64,000 nt of DNA from an uncultured virus (IMG/VR IMGVR_UViG_3300037189_011323) (lineage: Duplodnaviria; Heunggongvirae; Uroviricota; Caudoviricetes): positions 1 through 64,000 of IMG/VR virus record IMGVR_UViG_3300037189_011323; one strand, 5' to 3'. The notes under the pieces are model-generated. The model made no database searches. It had not been told where the DNA came from and was given only the letters and a program-made list of their open reading frames with translations. This document shows positions 42,001 to 49,678 of this stretch, piece after piece. Both the position numbers and the translations under genes were made by a program. Positions within the stretch are counted from its first letter, which is position 1. Every line of letters begins with the position of its first letter.

Positions 42001-44709
42001 AGTGCTAACATGTCAAGTTACACTGGCTTCTGGTTAGATAATGCTTGTGACCGTGTATGGGCATATTATGCACCATTAAGCGGTATGGCAGGTCGTGATC
42101 TTGCACAGGTTATGACAGGAATTTACTATCCAGGCAATCAGGTTATTGGACCAGGTTTTAATCAAGTTCCAGGTTATGATGTAACTTATTATGATTATAT
42201 TCCATATGATTATGCAACAAAAGATATTGAAAATGTTTATGATATCTATGGTGTGCAAAGTGAAGATACTATTATTCGTAGCTTGTTCACTGATACTGGT
42301 TTAGGTCTACGTCCAGAAGACATTGATGTTGTTGGTGGTGGATTCATTGATACATATAGTAGTCATGCACCAGAAGAATTGGTACCTGGTCAAATCGTTG
42401 ACACATTAGATATCAAGGTTAATACGCTACCTGATCGTGATGGTGGACCAGATATTATGATCTTCACAAGTAATTATATAGGTAGTGATACATTTAGTTA
42501 CGATCCAGAAATTACTGGTGTAGAATTACCACTTGGTGGTATTGAAAAGTTCTATGTAATTGACCGTGATTTAGGTCCAATTGCTGAAACATATCACTAT
42601 ACTGTTGATTACTATGCTAAAACAATAACTGTTCTTTACACTCCAGCTGCTGGAACATTCTTCTATGTTCTTATGATTGGTAGTAATGGTGTAAATCCAG
42701 TTAATGATCTTGATTTCTATGCTGATGGTGTTCAGACAGATTTTGATATTCCAGATTTTGTTACAACACCAATTCAACAGGCATATGTTAAAATAAATGG
42801 TGCAAAAGTTGATAATTGGAGTTTGGTTGACAAACTTGAAAACGGCAGAACTTTACTTGCTGTAAGATTTGATACTGCACCTGTTGTTAATGACTATGTT
42901 CAAATTCATCTTTACAATGTTGCAGTTGGAACACAAGCATATAGTGAATGGTATGAGCAAACATTTATCATTACAAGTGCAAGTTATCCAATAAACTATA
43001 ACTTTACATTGGATCGTGAAGAATTTTATGTTGAGCCTATAAGTTCATTCCCAATTGTTCGTCTAAATGGTAGTGATTTATTGCCACCACAACAAAGTTA
43101 TTATTTTGGTGATGGTGTAACTACTAATTTCAGTATGACAGATAGTTGGGTTGAAACCATTGCGAATATTGTTGATCCTGAAATCATTGTTGTAGTCGAT
43201 AATGTAACACAGGTTCGTGATCAAGATTATACGGTTTATCATGATCCAACAAATACTGTTACGCCAGTTATACAATTTACAATAGCACCAGCGAGCGGTT
43301 CAAGAATTGTAATAAGTGATAGCAGTCAGTGTGATTTCAAGATTTATGGTAATCAGTTATGGATTAGTCCACAAGTCACAATTACCGATAATAGTAAACT
43401 TACAGTTTTAACTCAAGGCAATCATGATCCAAATGAACAGTATACTAAATTGTTTAGTGGTAGCACAAGTGCGACAAGTGTTATCGATAATGGTCTTGAT
43501 ACAACTGGATTTGATAGTGTTGGTTTTGATAATGAATTGAGCAGTTATATCGGTGCAGTATATTATACTCTTCCACGTGCTGTTACAAACATAAATCAAC
43601 TTTACATTACGCTTAAAGCACCAAATACAACAGGTGGTTTCCCACTATTGCCTTATAGTGACTTTAAATTGGTTACACCATCTATTATTGTGTTGGATAC
43701 TGCACTTAACATTAGTGGAACAAGTGTCATTACTGTTCGTTTATTTGGTGAACCTGTTCGTCAAAATACTCTTGAATTTAGAATATTCAAAGATATGCGT
43801 GAAAATACAAGAATGTATGGGGTAAAGTCAAAGAAAGCTACACTTACTGCTAACTTGACAGCAAATGCAAATTACATTTATGTTGATAATGTTAATTATC
43901 TGCAACAACCAAGCACTACACCTAATAATTCTGGTATTATCTTCATTAATGGCGAACGTATTTCTTACGGAACTATGGACCGTGTAAACAATCGTTTAGG
44001 TAATTTGCGCCGTGGAACTGCTGGCACAGGCACACCTAACTTGATCGTAAAAGGCACAACCATTTATGATAGTAGTAGCACAATGGAAATACCAAATACA
44101 CGTGAAACTTATGTTCAAACACCTGTTGCAACTTATATCAGCAGTGGATTGTTTACAACATATGCTAATACTTACACAAATAATACTATCATTGATAAAA
44201 CCTTACCACTTGTTCCAATTATGAATAACAGTGCAAATGCTGTTGTTCAAGTAAGTGTTGTTAAAAATTCAACAACGCTTGCGGCAAATAGTGATTATGT
44301 AATAAGTGGAAATAGTGTTATTATTAACAGTAATGTTAACTTGGGAACCTTTGCGATTGCAAACATTACTAGTAGTAACGGTAACATTTATATAAGCAAC
44401 ACTTACACAACAGTAAGCAATGCAATGATTGGTCAAACAATAATTGGTGGTAACCTATATCCATCAACTACTATTACCAATGTAAGCAATGCTGCTCCAT
44501 ACATTGTTATTGCGATTAGTAATCCACAAACTGTAAATGCAAATGCTAACATACAGATTCTTGATACAATTACTGTAAACCAAGGTGTATCAAATAAAAT
44601 GTTAGTTGCTGCAAACAGTTATATAAGACAAGGAACACTTATACAGAGCTTTGGAACAAGTTTACAAGACTCAACAAGTGCATATGCAGAGTTTATAAGG
44701 TCACAATAA
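30013..44709 (+). CDS. Giant (4898 aa) baseplate-associated structural protein in the gp7 position
   Basis: Uninterrupted 14.7-kb ORF after gp6, containing FG-GAP-like, CBM5/12-like and other repeats, and a VKPFHTK motif. Confidence 0.75.
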   Translation: MAKRKSENFLPQSFRTLSNRRFLNATIDPLIQEPSLKKMYGYIGQQDQSPVFEKGDYYINENDSYSQFYQLEPGVVIKKRQYGTNTYKVDNVYNYVDLLNQIAADGGINNNHDRLFSNRYYSYNGFIDLDKLTNYRQYYWVPGGPLTVDVTAENTLTQKDFYIHRNSYVANNQTELQSAALGATGYSVDGYNNVINPTLTLVRGGSYNFYVNQDTDFWIQTEIGVDGVSSVQNNISTRDVLGVSNNGAKSGTITFTVPLSTAQDYLINYPTISQAVDLIVDDVTYEELQGQNYDTFILSNGLDGVRAFDGKYIVLTSTTGWGDIASTQWGGVWRINVGSDPAAANYRLMNLTYIADWTVLNKVFVTQGDVYGHVYAYKDLFGVIQKFPTLSAAQSVLYYVDATNPLVYGTIQLVDPQPNSLLNVNDILGRENYTSPNGVQFTSGLKVKFTGIVVPAEYQGNEYIVEGVGSSIKLIKYADLVTPEIINTNLGSSFGNSRGYDADGTGFDGTTNSPEQKDYVTINRASIDGNSWSRNNRWFHRDVLQAAADYNNVSYSFDSNQQAKRPIIEFLPNIKLYNYGTNYAGSVTCIDSVTTSAFAQVEGFNSYAVKTDGVYNSDGIQLLNGLSVIFTQETDPVKRATLYRVQNNKTRASATYNILTNAFTNSGVNYLNINNIANLAVGQHVTGSGIPNFTTITSIDTVFDRVYISNNLTQDVPAGTTITFDNSYDQIHLVPIKTFTNGDTVVAMEGVENQGNMFYYLDGEWIRSQIRNSRPQFPLFDVIDKNGYSFGDQTVYASSDFSGSELFGYAVGTGTRDSELGFPLVYKSIGNLGDIVFENYYQTDTFHYSLNQVDQEENINQGFAAVIVGWNNYTLANGWYRVSDKSKQYITKVFTANAVQLNNFDLGVVYDNSYYENNIFVYVNGSLQSNSTYALQTSSLTSVVVFNQDLNVNDRVFVKIYGTSTVYKETYTMPRNLTNNSENTEFTTITLGQVRNHLIEIGNNLLDLVGEPAGANNFRDLNFNYVGGKLLQHSASMRPAALLFANRDVDPIQFIRYASDSYGIFKNQLLNYISNTEFPNPTNYRESLDMVLAEFSKVANIGQPFYYTDMVGFGTDFIKNSYTVANTTYRRYNLTQDFADDTKGYRALYVYLNGVLLLKNVDYTIGTRTITINDSVTLVRNDKIEVYEYNSTQGCNIPSTPTKLGMYPKFKPEIVTDDTYVTPTLGIIGHDGSFTKGFGDYRDNILLEFEKRVYNNITTTYAENSDVDLSSVVPGAFRVTNYTIDEWTQLLAPSYLRWAHINNVDIFTNSTVTGDPFTFNYATGTDKLFAKPVPGYWRGIYKYFYDTNHPHTKPWEMLGFTQRPTWWTNRYGPAPYTSENGVLWSDLEAGFVYSGNPNDSYYNTRYARPGLTSIIPVDEHGNLLNPNQSVLLNYDANYAAQNWVVGDQSPAETAWRRSVDYPFAVMMAWCLAKPAEWTALKYNTRDLAYNTLLEQFINKKYNNRQFDFTATDDTDFIPGYNVWLRDYLTNNNLDITENWINVANNSTFNLVYKMGAYTDKSYLTIVADQVSPQSTNSSVIIPQENYQVKVTKSAPVARAVYSAVIVQKVVNGYQVSGFDRERPYFLTIPSRVSNNNYTITVGTERAIVYMDSSDNVFSYPYGSIFNTKQQVVDFLVSYGRYLQSQGFTFEDVLGDKTTKSDWVLASKEFLFWNQQQWGDDTIISLTPAGTDVKFISTFGVVDTLSNTNNYTKVVNSDNVTLTGSDYRVYRDDNLFQLELKNAQKGVHLIDLAIIQYEHTLILDNNTVFNDILYDEQVGSRQFRLRLDGAKTNDWNGSLYAPGFFVNVSEVPQWVAYTDYYKGDIVLFKNQYYAAQDFVPGTAQFKSSNWYPINGDLLSKNLIPNMASGAAQFINFHDPDSTDLNSAADLLSKAETGFSPRQYFADLGLDNTSQYKFYLGMVSQKGTQAVLNAYLRNKQKRIDSDIKLVEQWAIKLDNYGGTNQNDKLEFNIGNAITINNQYLFELINQTDQRIADTNTVKPSDLLYKPRIYTTDIFAKTQNNKEVIPTVGPVNPNDVDATVYDINKIYNISPLNTILSEGSKVWIAADSANQWGVYRLSQTGQVFVTYINQISPTELQFTTNLPHNLSQYDYIMLKNGRLAAPQTGGAITDMSGFYRVKTVTNTTFNVKIADNTTIGTGALNAILFKLINVRYTTANDFTGFVPVRGWNSGEIVYIDAGPDGYNVLQNSNSWVYSQTKSPVFTTPSDNYGSSVRINSTQGFAIVGASVKNTTGSAFVYGKREDNSFQEIGILTPDTGVTTFGANVDINDSNFAFVSAPGAYKGVVYTANVNSQQVQLTQAIHYDNLYAISAGFSQTNNNILLTTVYSFDSNGNIAQQASYSLDNFAVGMGVGGAGVNAGTVITSITTKALTNTIQLATSNGNSSIFSITTGDTATILQANNSILKTLYANITSSNSNVYIGNTGQSITGLYANGSQPVLGNGIPAGSFITAISNITGYKVITLNNNVSITNKSLLTFVRSNANIVQSSISSISTTANNYLIVSGATSLYGAANGLPIIGGYLPNSSVISNLVVGPAYNILGVSDNVNLNASTKIAVYPNVQPTSNFGYSISASGDGKWLYVGEPTTNSVYVYKYTYVNANSSLRQGDGTQTSFTYPTGATGSANDIKVYVNGVLKIPNYHYIKTPGQDIITFDIAPSASDIINLVYEDHYAEVNRIVTDDPDASGFGTSVSTNYDGSTIVIGAANSSVNSVTTLANSGKTYVFDRTAEIFVANGVAKTFQLSNALSSLTTITTPDLITHPSVTIDGVDTDATFNYATNQVTFANAPERGSTVRVQTNQFVNTLISYTDVGQENSNYGSAVKIDRDGTTAFSGAPGYATSSTQNGAVFRLINTPRMYGNVVGSKTGFSIAANSTIRINDYLVTFGQTFRPPYAPIYYSSNVDQVITTINNAGIPYVTAGKTPNGAIYITSSDTTAMPMLKLRNEGSDILGTFGITQWKTVQKLTNPIAQDTARFGEILALSPHANSMVVGSTLSNTKTTVTFDSKTTTFDRFGTRFRDTVYRSGAAHLYEYQAVANEDYQNYGSFAYASLVQDQFANSYDRYASGVDISDNFLMVGAPHAHVLGNPVGAMYIYYNQNAAPVWQTIRSGGIDFDSRNIDRVYLYNSTTARLIAELPVLDLPYGYLPNSSESYIDYTINYDPAVYNQAPTTTSFSFDRKNAWGKQQVGKLWWDINSIKYYDNTQGDNVNRFNYWGLAFPNSTINVYEWIESDVLPKNYSGSSVNNTPLYTVNDVYCSQVTVDEKTGQAVTKYYFWVKNSILANTKRPSAREIQTALISPRNNSEPFAAVINKNAIGIFNAQNLVSIDTNLAIEYKNTLEPQLIHSEWTMFDDGTDLGVADEFLNKLNDSLTGQDVSGRIVPDFNLPIGQKYGMSVDLRQSLFKDNYYARMLFIEKINQICIKYPMVLTRVDAIAQLNNIDPIPDSTEYTLTVNNLTELGYINTVAYPIGTRVLVIQDSNSYNNGWSLFTLVLNSTSYARRWEYVRVQTYNVNDYWTYADWYSTKYNPQAPYNYTVTTDNDIANLQLNVNDLIYVTNSNSGGWKLVLVNTNDLELVAQQNATIQFTSNLYSLVDAAQGFQTNSFQSVGFDTDSNLEFSAIFAVIRDYLLTNEYRSEYKETIALLIDIVASQHQQTDWMMKTSLVDLYHRVRGLDQLPVYLPQPENTVTDFFNEVKPFHTKLKQYVARYDNSNDIDTAYASITDFDLQPYKNALTGKYRSPQLGNSLDTDTLNNTAVYQPWVNNHKYSIDLVTMVDGGAGYDGSTTAAVIGDGSGAIVKPYILNGSVYTIEVINAGQDYTYATVEIYGIGVGAKAEAVLGSSLARNINATVKFDRNQYFNNIQDWAANTSYTIDTVVVYNATPYRCITAHTSGSTFDATKFLVLIVKVWYPKTDYNVGDIVVYNNSSYVVDTAFTSDLIFSSANMSSYTGFWLDNACDRVWAYYAPLSGMAGRDLAQVMTGIYYPGNQVIGPGFNQVPGYDVTYYDYIPYDYATKDIENVYDIYGVQSEDTIIRSLFTDTGLGLRPEDIDVVGGGFIDTYSSHAPEELVPGQIVDTLDIKVNTLPDRDGGPDIMIFTSNYIGSDTFSYDPEITGVELPLGGIEKFYVIDRDLGPIAETYHYTVDYYAKTITVLYTPAAGTFFYVLMIGSNGVNPVNDLDFYADGVQTDFDIPDFVTTPIQQAYVKINGAKVDNWSLVDKLENGRTLLAVRFDTAPVVNDYVQIHLYNVAVGTQAYSEWYEQTFIITSASYPINYNFTLDREEFYVEPISSFPIVRLNGSDLLPPQQSYYFGDGVTTNFSMTDSWVETIANIVDPEIIVVVDNVTQVRDQDYTVYHDPTNTVTPVIQFTIAPASGSRIVISDSSQCDFKIYGNQLWISPQVTITDNSKLTVLTQGNHDPNEQYTKLFSGSTSATSVIDNGLDTTGFDSVGFDNELSSYIGAVYYTLPRAVTNINQLYITLKAPNTTGGFPLLPYSDFKLVTPSIIVLDTALNISGTSVITVRLFGEPVRQNTLEFRIFKDMRENTRMYGVKSKKATLTANLTANANYIYVDNVNYLQQPSTTPNNSGIIFINGERISYGTMDRVNNRLGNLRRGTAGTGTPNLIVKGTTIYDSSSTMEIPNTRETYVQTPVATYISSGLFTTYANTYTNNTIIDKTLPLVPIMNNSANAVVQVSVVKNSTTLAANSDYVISGNSVIINSNVNLGTFAIANITSSNGNIYISNTYTTVSNAMIGQTIIGGNLYPSTTITNVSNAAPYIVIAISNPQTVNANANIQILDTITVNQGVSNKMLVAANSYIRQGTLIQSFGTSLQDSTSAYAEFIRSQ

Positions 44710-45395
44710 TGAAAAAACCAGAGCAAATTAAACCAATAAATACATCTACTGGTATAGATAGTGGAAAAAAGAAAATGAATCAGCCTAATGAACGTGGTGG
44801 TATTGCCTTAAGTGGACATATAAAAATATTTGACCCACAAAGTGGTGAAGTATTTGTAAACAAGCGCAATGCTATCCATTATGAAAACTTTAGTTATGCA
44901 CTTGCACAAAGTGTAAGTAATGCACAGCAAGGTTGGATTCATGAAATGGCATTTGGTAATGGTGGAACATCTGTTGATCCTACTGGTGTTATTACATATT
45001 TGCCAACAAATACCACTGGTAGCAATAGTGCACTTTATAACCAAACCTATTACAAAGTTGTAGACAATTATAGCATTTATAATGATGATCCAACACGTAA
45101 TAAGATTGAAATTCGCCACACTGCTGGCACAGTTTACAGTGATATCTTTATCACTTGCACACTTGATTATGGTGAGCCAAGTGGTCAACAGGCATTTGAT
45201 AACACTACAAACTTTAATGATACATTTGTGTTTGACGAACTTGGTATTAAGAGTTGGAATGGTAGCACTGTTGATGCTGGTAACTTATTAACCCATGTCA
45301 TTTTTCACCCAATACAGAAAAGTTTGAATCGTCTTATACAGATTGATTACACTATTCGTGTTCAAACACTAACAAACTTAAGTTCGCAGGTATAA
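44709..45395 (+). CDS. Conserved baseplate/virion structural protein
   Basis: MAFGNGG, FVFDELG and LTHVIFHPIQKS motifs. An internal ATAAATA at 44736 suggests the true start is ATG 44775. Confidence 0.6.
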   Translation: MKKPEQIKPINTSTGIDSGKKKMNQPNERGGIALSGHIKIFDPQSGEVFVNKRNAIHYENFSYALAQSVSNAQQGWIHEMAFGNGGTSVDPTGVITYLPTNTTGSNSALYNQTYYKVVDNYSIYNDDPTRNKIEIRHTAGTVYSDIFITCTLDYGEPSGQQAFDNTTNFNDTFVFDELGIKSWNGSTVDAGNLLTHVIFHPIQKSLNRLIQIDYTIRVQTLTNLSSQV

Positions 45396-45398
45396 CGC

Positions 45399-46340
45399 AT
45401 GACTTTTTATATTAACTATACAAACGGTGCCAATTTAACTGCAATTAGCGATGGTACAATTAATACTACATCAACAAGTTTAACACTTATTGGTAAAAAC
45501 TTTCCGACTTATGGTCAGTTATTAAATCAAAACTTGGTTAGTATGTTAGAAAATTGGGCTAATACAACTAGTCCAAATTATCCACTTGTTGGGCAGTTAT
45601 GGTATGACAGTAATAATAGTGTTATTAAGTATTATCGTGGTGGTGCCGCAAGTAATTATTGGCAAGACGTTGCAAATATACTTTATAGCAGTAGCACACC
45701 AAGCAGCCCACAACAAAATGACTTCTGGTGGGATAGCACAAACCAACAATTAAAGTATTATGATAATCGTAATTGGATTACGATTGGTCCACAAACTACC
45801 AATGACGGCTTAAATCGTGTTAGTGGAACAAATAGTTTTATTATTCAGATCGGTGGTAACAATGTATTCACAGTTGATGCATATGGTCGTGTAAATGCTG
45901 CATATAATCCTGTTGTTCAGGCTTATGGGTTTGCAACAGGCACACCATTCACAGGTAGTGGATTAACTTCTCCGCAAACTATGATTCCTGCAACAGTTTC
46001 AGTAAACGTTGGTAGTTATTTTAATGCTTCAACAGGTATCTTTACTTGTCCAGTAGCAGGAATCTATCAAGTTACGGGAACAGCCATAAGTTTGGGTTAT
46101 AATAGCATACCAGCACCTTATCAAAAGATTGAATGGTGGAAGAATGGCACTACAACATATATTAGTTGTCAGGCACAAAATCCAGCAAGTATTACAAGTG
46201 AAGACTTTGATACACCAATGATTGCCACTGGTTATGTTCAATGTTCTGCGAATGATACACTACAATTCGTTATGGCTGCAAGTGCAAATGGACAAATTGA
46301 CAATAACAACTCAACGTTGAGTATAAGATTAGTTGCTTAA
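45399..46340 (+). CDS. Short tail fibre with C1q-like C-terminal domain
   Basis: Shared fibre N-terminus SLTLIGKN..YG..ENW..GQLWYD; C-terminal FNASTGIFTCPVAGIY is a C1q/TNF-like signature. Confidence 0.65.
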   Translation: MTFYINYTNGANLTAISDGTINTTSTSLTLIGKNFPTYGQLLNQNLVSMLENWANTTSPNYPLVGQLWYDSNNSVIKYYRGGAASNYWQDVANILYSSSTPSSPQQNDFWWDSTNQQLKYYDNRNWITIGPQTTNDGLNRVSGTNSFIIQIGGNNVFTVDAYGRVNAAYNPVVQAYGFATGTPFTGSGLTSPQTMIPATVSVNVGSYFNASTGIFTCPVAGIYQVTGTAISLGYNSIPAPYQKIEWWKNGTTTYISCQAQNPASITSEDFDTPMIATGYVQCSANDTLQFVMAASANGQIDNNNSTLSIRLVA

Positions 46341-46366
46341 CCAATAAATAATATTGGGTAATCAGC

Positions 46367-47995
46367 ATGTCATATAACATTAAAAACTTTTCTCAAACCG
46401 TAACATACACTGTCAACGACAGTACTGCTAATACCAATGCAGTCAGTCTAACGCTTTTGGGTAAAAGTTTACCCAACTATGGAACATACTTTAACCAGAA
46501 CTTTGTTTGGTTAATGGAAAACTTTAGCAGTGATAGTGCCAATCCACCACCATATGCAGTTCAAGGACAATTGTGGTGGGATAGCACTTATAAATTTATG
46601 AATGTTTATGATGGCAGTGCTTGGAAAACCATTTACGGAAATTTAGCAACACTCAATGTTAACGGTGCAGTAAACTTAAGCTCGCTTACATCAACTTCTA
46701 TAGCCGCAAATGCTATAACTGCAAACTCATTAGTTACAACATGGAATGTTGGAATTGGTGGCACACCTGCAAACTATGGCGCAGGTTATACAGATTTATG
46801 GATTGATGGAACAAGTGTTTCACAGATTGATTTGGCTCGTAGTGGAGTTTTAAAAGCATCATTTGTGGCAAATAGTGGTGGTGTGTATTTTGGTACTACT
46901 GGTAGTGCGGCTGCAAGCCTTAATATTATGACTGCTACTGGTGCATATGCCGTAAAAAATCAATTCACATTTAATACATCTGGTGATTTAGTTTCAACAA
47001 ATGGCGGTGAATTTATAGGTTATCATACTGGCGCAATTGGTGCAAATACACCCAATACAGTAGTTGCTACAAGTGTAACAACTAGTAGTGGTGGTCAACA
47101 TATTGGTTACCTAACTGGTGCTATTGGTGCAAATACACCTAACACTGTAGTTGCTACTAGTGTTACTACAAGTAGCGGTGGACAACATATTGGTTACCTA
47201 ACTGGTGCTATTGGTGCTAATACTGCAAATAGTGGTGCATTTACAACAATAACTACAACTAGTGGTGGTCAATTAACTGGTTATCATACTGGTGCAATTG
47301 GTGCAAATACACCCAATACAGTAGTTGCTACAAGTGTAACAACTAGTAGTGGTGGTCAACATATTGGTTATCTGACTGGTGCAATTGGTGCCAATACTGC
47401 AAATACTGGTGCGTTTACAACAATAACATCTACATCACATATTACTCCAACTGGAAATAACACAGCAAATCTTGGAGCAGTAAGCACATTATATGCAAAC
47501 GTTCATGGAACAAATTATTATGTTGCTAATTCAATAATACCTATTTCAAACATTACTGTTGATATTGGTACACCACAAGCAACGTTTGATGCAGTCTATG
47601 CAACTAGCTTTTTTGGAACATCTACTACCGCAAAATACGCTGACTTGGCTGAAAAATACTTACCAGATTCAAATTATGAAATTGGAACAGTTATGATGGT
47701 TGGTGGTAGTGCTGAAGTGACACAGCATGATGGACGCAAAGTTCGTGCGATTGGTGTTATAAGTGAGTATCCAGCATATAAAATGAACGATGGTCAAGTC
47801 GGTGGTGTATATGTTGCACTTAAAGGACGTGTTCCAGTTAAAGTAATTGGGCCAGTAGAAAAAGGTCAAGCTCTTATTGGAACAGCACACGGACTTGCCG
47901 TTGCACAAACTGATGATAGTCAATGGATGTTTGGTATAGCACTTGAAAATCATAATAGTATGACAATTAAGTTAATTGAAGCAGTTATACTTTAA
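46367..47995 (+). CDS. Tail fibre with 29-aa tandem repeats and a C-terminal intramolecular-chaperone (peptidase G2-like) domain
   Basis: Shared fibre N-terminus; five GYxTGAIGANT repeats; YADLAEKY...VALKGRVPVKV C-terminus. Confidence 0.75.
   Translation: MSYNIKNFSQTVTYTVNDSTANTNAVSLTLLGKSLPNYGTYFNQNFVWLMENFSSDSANPPPYAVQGQLWWDSTYKFMNVYDGSAWKTIYGNLATLNVNGAVNLSSLTSTSIAANAITANSLVTTWNVGIGGTPANYGAGYTDLWIDGTSVSQIDLARSGVLKASFVANSGGVYFGTTGSAAASLNIMTATGAYAVKNQFTFNTSGDLVSTNGGEFIGYHTGAIGANTPNTVVATSVTTSSGGQHIGYLTGAIGANTPNTVVATSVTTSSGGQHIGYLTGAIGANTANSGAFTTITTTSGGQLTGYHTGAIGANTPNTVVATSVTTSSGGQHIGYLTGAIGANTANTGAFTTITSTSHITPTGNNTANLGAVSTLYANVHGTNYYVANSIIPISNITVDIGTPQATFDAVYATSFFGTSTTAKYADLAEKYLPDSNYEIGTVMMVGGSAEVTQHDGRKVRAIGVISEYPAYKMNDGQVGGVYVALKGRVPVKVIGPVEKGQALIGTAHGLAVAQTDDSQWMFGIALENHNSMTIKLIEAVIL
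47018..47436 (+). repeat. Five 87-bp in-frame tandem repeats (pattern A-A-B-A-B)
   Basis: Units start at 47018, 47105, 47192, 47279 and 47366. Confidence 0.95.
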
Positions 47996-48042
47996 TGAAG
48001 TAATTCATAAACCGATAAATAATTTAAAACAGGTTTTAAAAC

Positions 48043-49254
48043 ATGTCATATACCTTAACCGTAGTCAACCGCACACCAATTACCATTCAAAATGGTGCAA
48101 CTGATAGTTCAACAAGTTTAACTCTCGTAGGTAAAAATTATCCAAATTATGGTCAAATTATTGAACAAGACTTAATTTATCTTATGCAGAACTTTGCTGG
48201 TGGCTCACAACCTGTAAATCCTGTAACTGGTCAGTTATGGTGGAGCACAACAAGTAATAATCTACAAGTTTATAATGGAACAACTTTTAAAACAATTGGT
48301 GGTGCAACAGTAAGCACAAGTGCACCGACAAGTAGCAGTATTGCTGGTGATCTTTGGTATAAGAGTGATGATGCACAGCTTTATCTTTACAATGGTAGTA
48401 GTTGGTTGCTTATTGGTCCAAATTATACAAGTTCACAGCAACAAACAAATGCTACAGCATTAACAATTACAGATAATACAAGTTCAACTCATACAGTATT
48501 AGCATTTTATGTTGGTAATACACTAACTGGTATTTTAAGTAAAGATGCAACATTCACACCACAAAGTCCAATCACTGGATTTGCAACCATTCTTCCTGGT
48601 TATAATGTTAACTCAACAATTTTTGCTGGTAACATTACAATTAGTGGAACAATTATTCAAAATGCACAACCATATATAACAAGTCTTGGTACACTTACTG
48701 GGTTGACGGTAACAGCACCTATTGTTGGTAGTGTTCTTTATAATGCAAATACTGTTATCTATTCAAGTCAACCTAATATTACAAGTGTAGGAACACTGAC
48801 AAGTTTAACAAGTAGTGGGACTGTTCTTGCACCAAATGTTACATCAACCTTAAATGGTGCTATTGGAACAGCCGCACCAAATGTAGCAACATTTACAAAT
48901 GCTACTGTAAATAATCGCCTTGTTCAAAATGTTTATACTGCTGGAAGTGTGGGTGCAACTTATACAGTTGATTGGAGTGCAAGTAATTTTTATACATTAA
49001 CACTAACTGCAAGCTGCGCACTTACTTTCACTAATCCACCAGCAAGTGGTAAAGAACAAACTTTAACAATTGTTACAACACAAGGTGGTAGTGGTAGTTA
49101 TACATTATCATATCCAGCTGCAGTTCGTTGGGCTAACGGTGTTGCACCAACCTTAACTACAACTGTTTCATACCGTGATGTTCTTCAATTTGTAACATAT
49201 GATGGCGGAACTTCTTATTTGGGTCGTGCAATCTGGTCTAATGTAGCTCCTTGA
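48043..49254 (+). CDS. Tail fibre/baseplate-anchored fibre protein
   Basis: Shared fibre N-terminus, QPNITSVGTLTSL-type repeats and a C-terminal beta-sandwich; very T/S-rich. Confidence 0.7.
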   Translation: MSYTLTVVNRTPITIQNGATDSSTSLTLVGKNYPNYGQIIEQDLIYLMQNFAGGSQPVNPVTGQLWWSTTSNNLQVYNGTTFKTIGGATVSTSAPTSSSIAGDLWYKSDDAQLYLYNGSSWLLIGPNYTSSQQQTNATALTITDNTSSTHTVLAFYVGNTLTGILSKDATFTPQSPITGFATILPGYNVNSTIFAGNITISGTIIQNAQPYITSLGTLTGLTVTAPIVGSVLYNANTVIYSSQPNITSVGTLTSLTSSGTVLAPNVTSTLNGAIGTAAPNVATFTNATVNNRLVQNVYTAGSVGATYTVDWSASNFYTLTLTASCALTFTNPPASGKEQTLTIVTTQGGSGSYTLSYPAAVRWANGVAPTLTTTVSYRDVLQFVTYDGGTSYLGRAIWSNVAP

Positions 49255-49263
49255 GGATAAAAT

Positions 49264-49656
49264 ATGTCTACAATTGCAATACCTTTAGCTAATAAAGACA
49301 AATATGAAAATAACTTGTTAGTTGTTTTAGATGGCATTAATGATGAAATGACTATTTCAAAGAAATCACATGATCCCAAAGTAATTGGTGTAACTACTGA
49401 TTATGACAATGCTGAATTAGGACTTAATGATTTTGGAGAAAATCCACACCGTCTTGTTGCTGTTAGTGGTCGTATTCTTTGCTATGTAAAGGGTCCAATT
49501 GGGTTTGGTGATTGCATTGTTACTAGTGATAAAGAAGGTGTTGGGCAAAAACTTGACCAAACAAAGTATGTTCCAGGTTGTATTATTGGAAAATCACTTA
49601 CCACTATAAAAGATAATAGTGTTGAATTAGTAGAGATGGTGCTGACTACTGCATAA
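49264..49656 (+). CDS. Stand-alone fibre chaperone-like domain (similar to the C-terminus of 46367..47995)
   Basis: KVIGVTT..VAVSGRILCYVKGPIGFGDCIVTS..IIGKSL parallels RAIGVIS..VALKGRVPVKVIGPVEKGQALI..FGIAL. Confidence 0.6.
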   Translation: MSTIAIPLANKDKYENNLLVVLDGINDEMTISKKSHDPKVIGVTTDYDNAELGLNDFGENPHRLVAVSGRILCYVKGPIGFGDCIVTSDKEGVGQKLDQTKYVPGCIIGKSLTTIKDNSVELVEMVLTTA

Positions 49657-49678
49657 ATACCGTTGTGGGAATTTATAA

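Noticed and set aside
47018..47436. Repeat array as a possible CRISPR or DGR template/variable pair
   Set aside because: The units are contiguous, in frame and coding, with no spacers. Differences are mostly synonymous rather than adenine-specific, and there is no reverse transcriptase or cas gene in the window.
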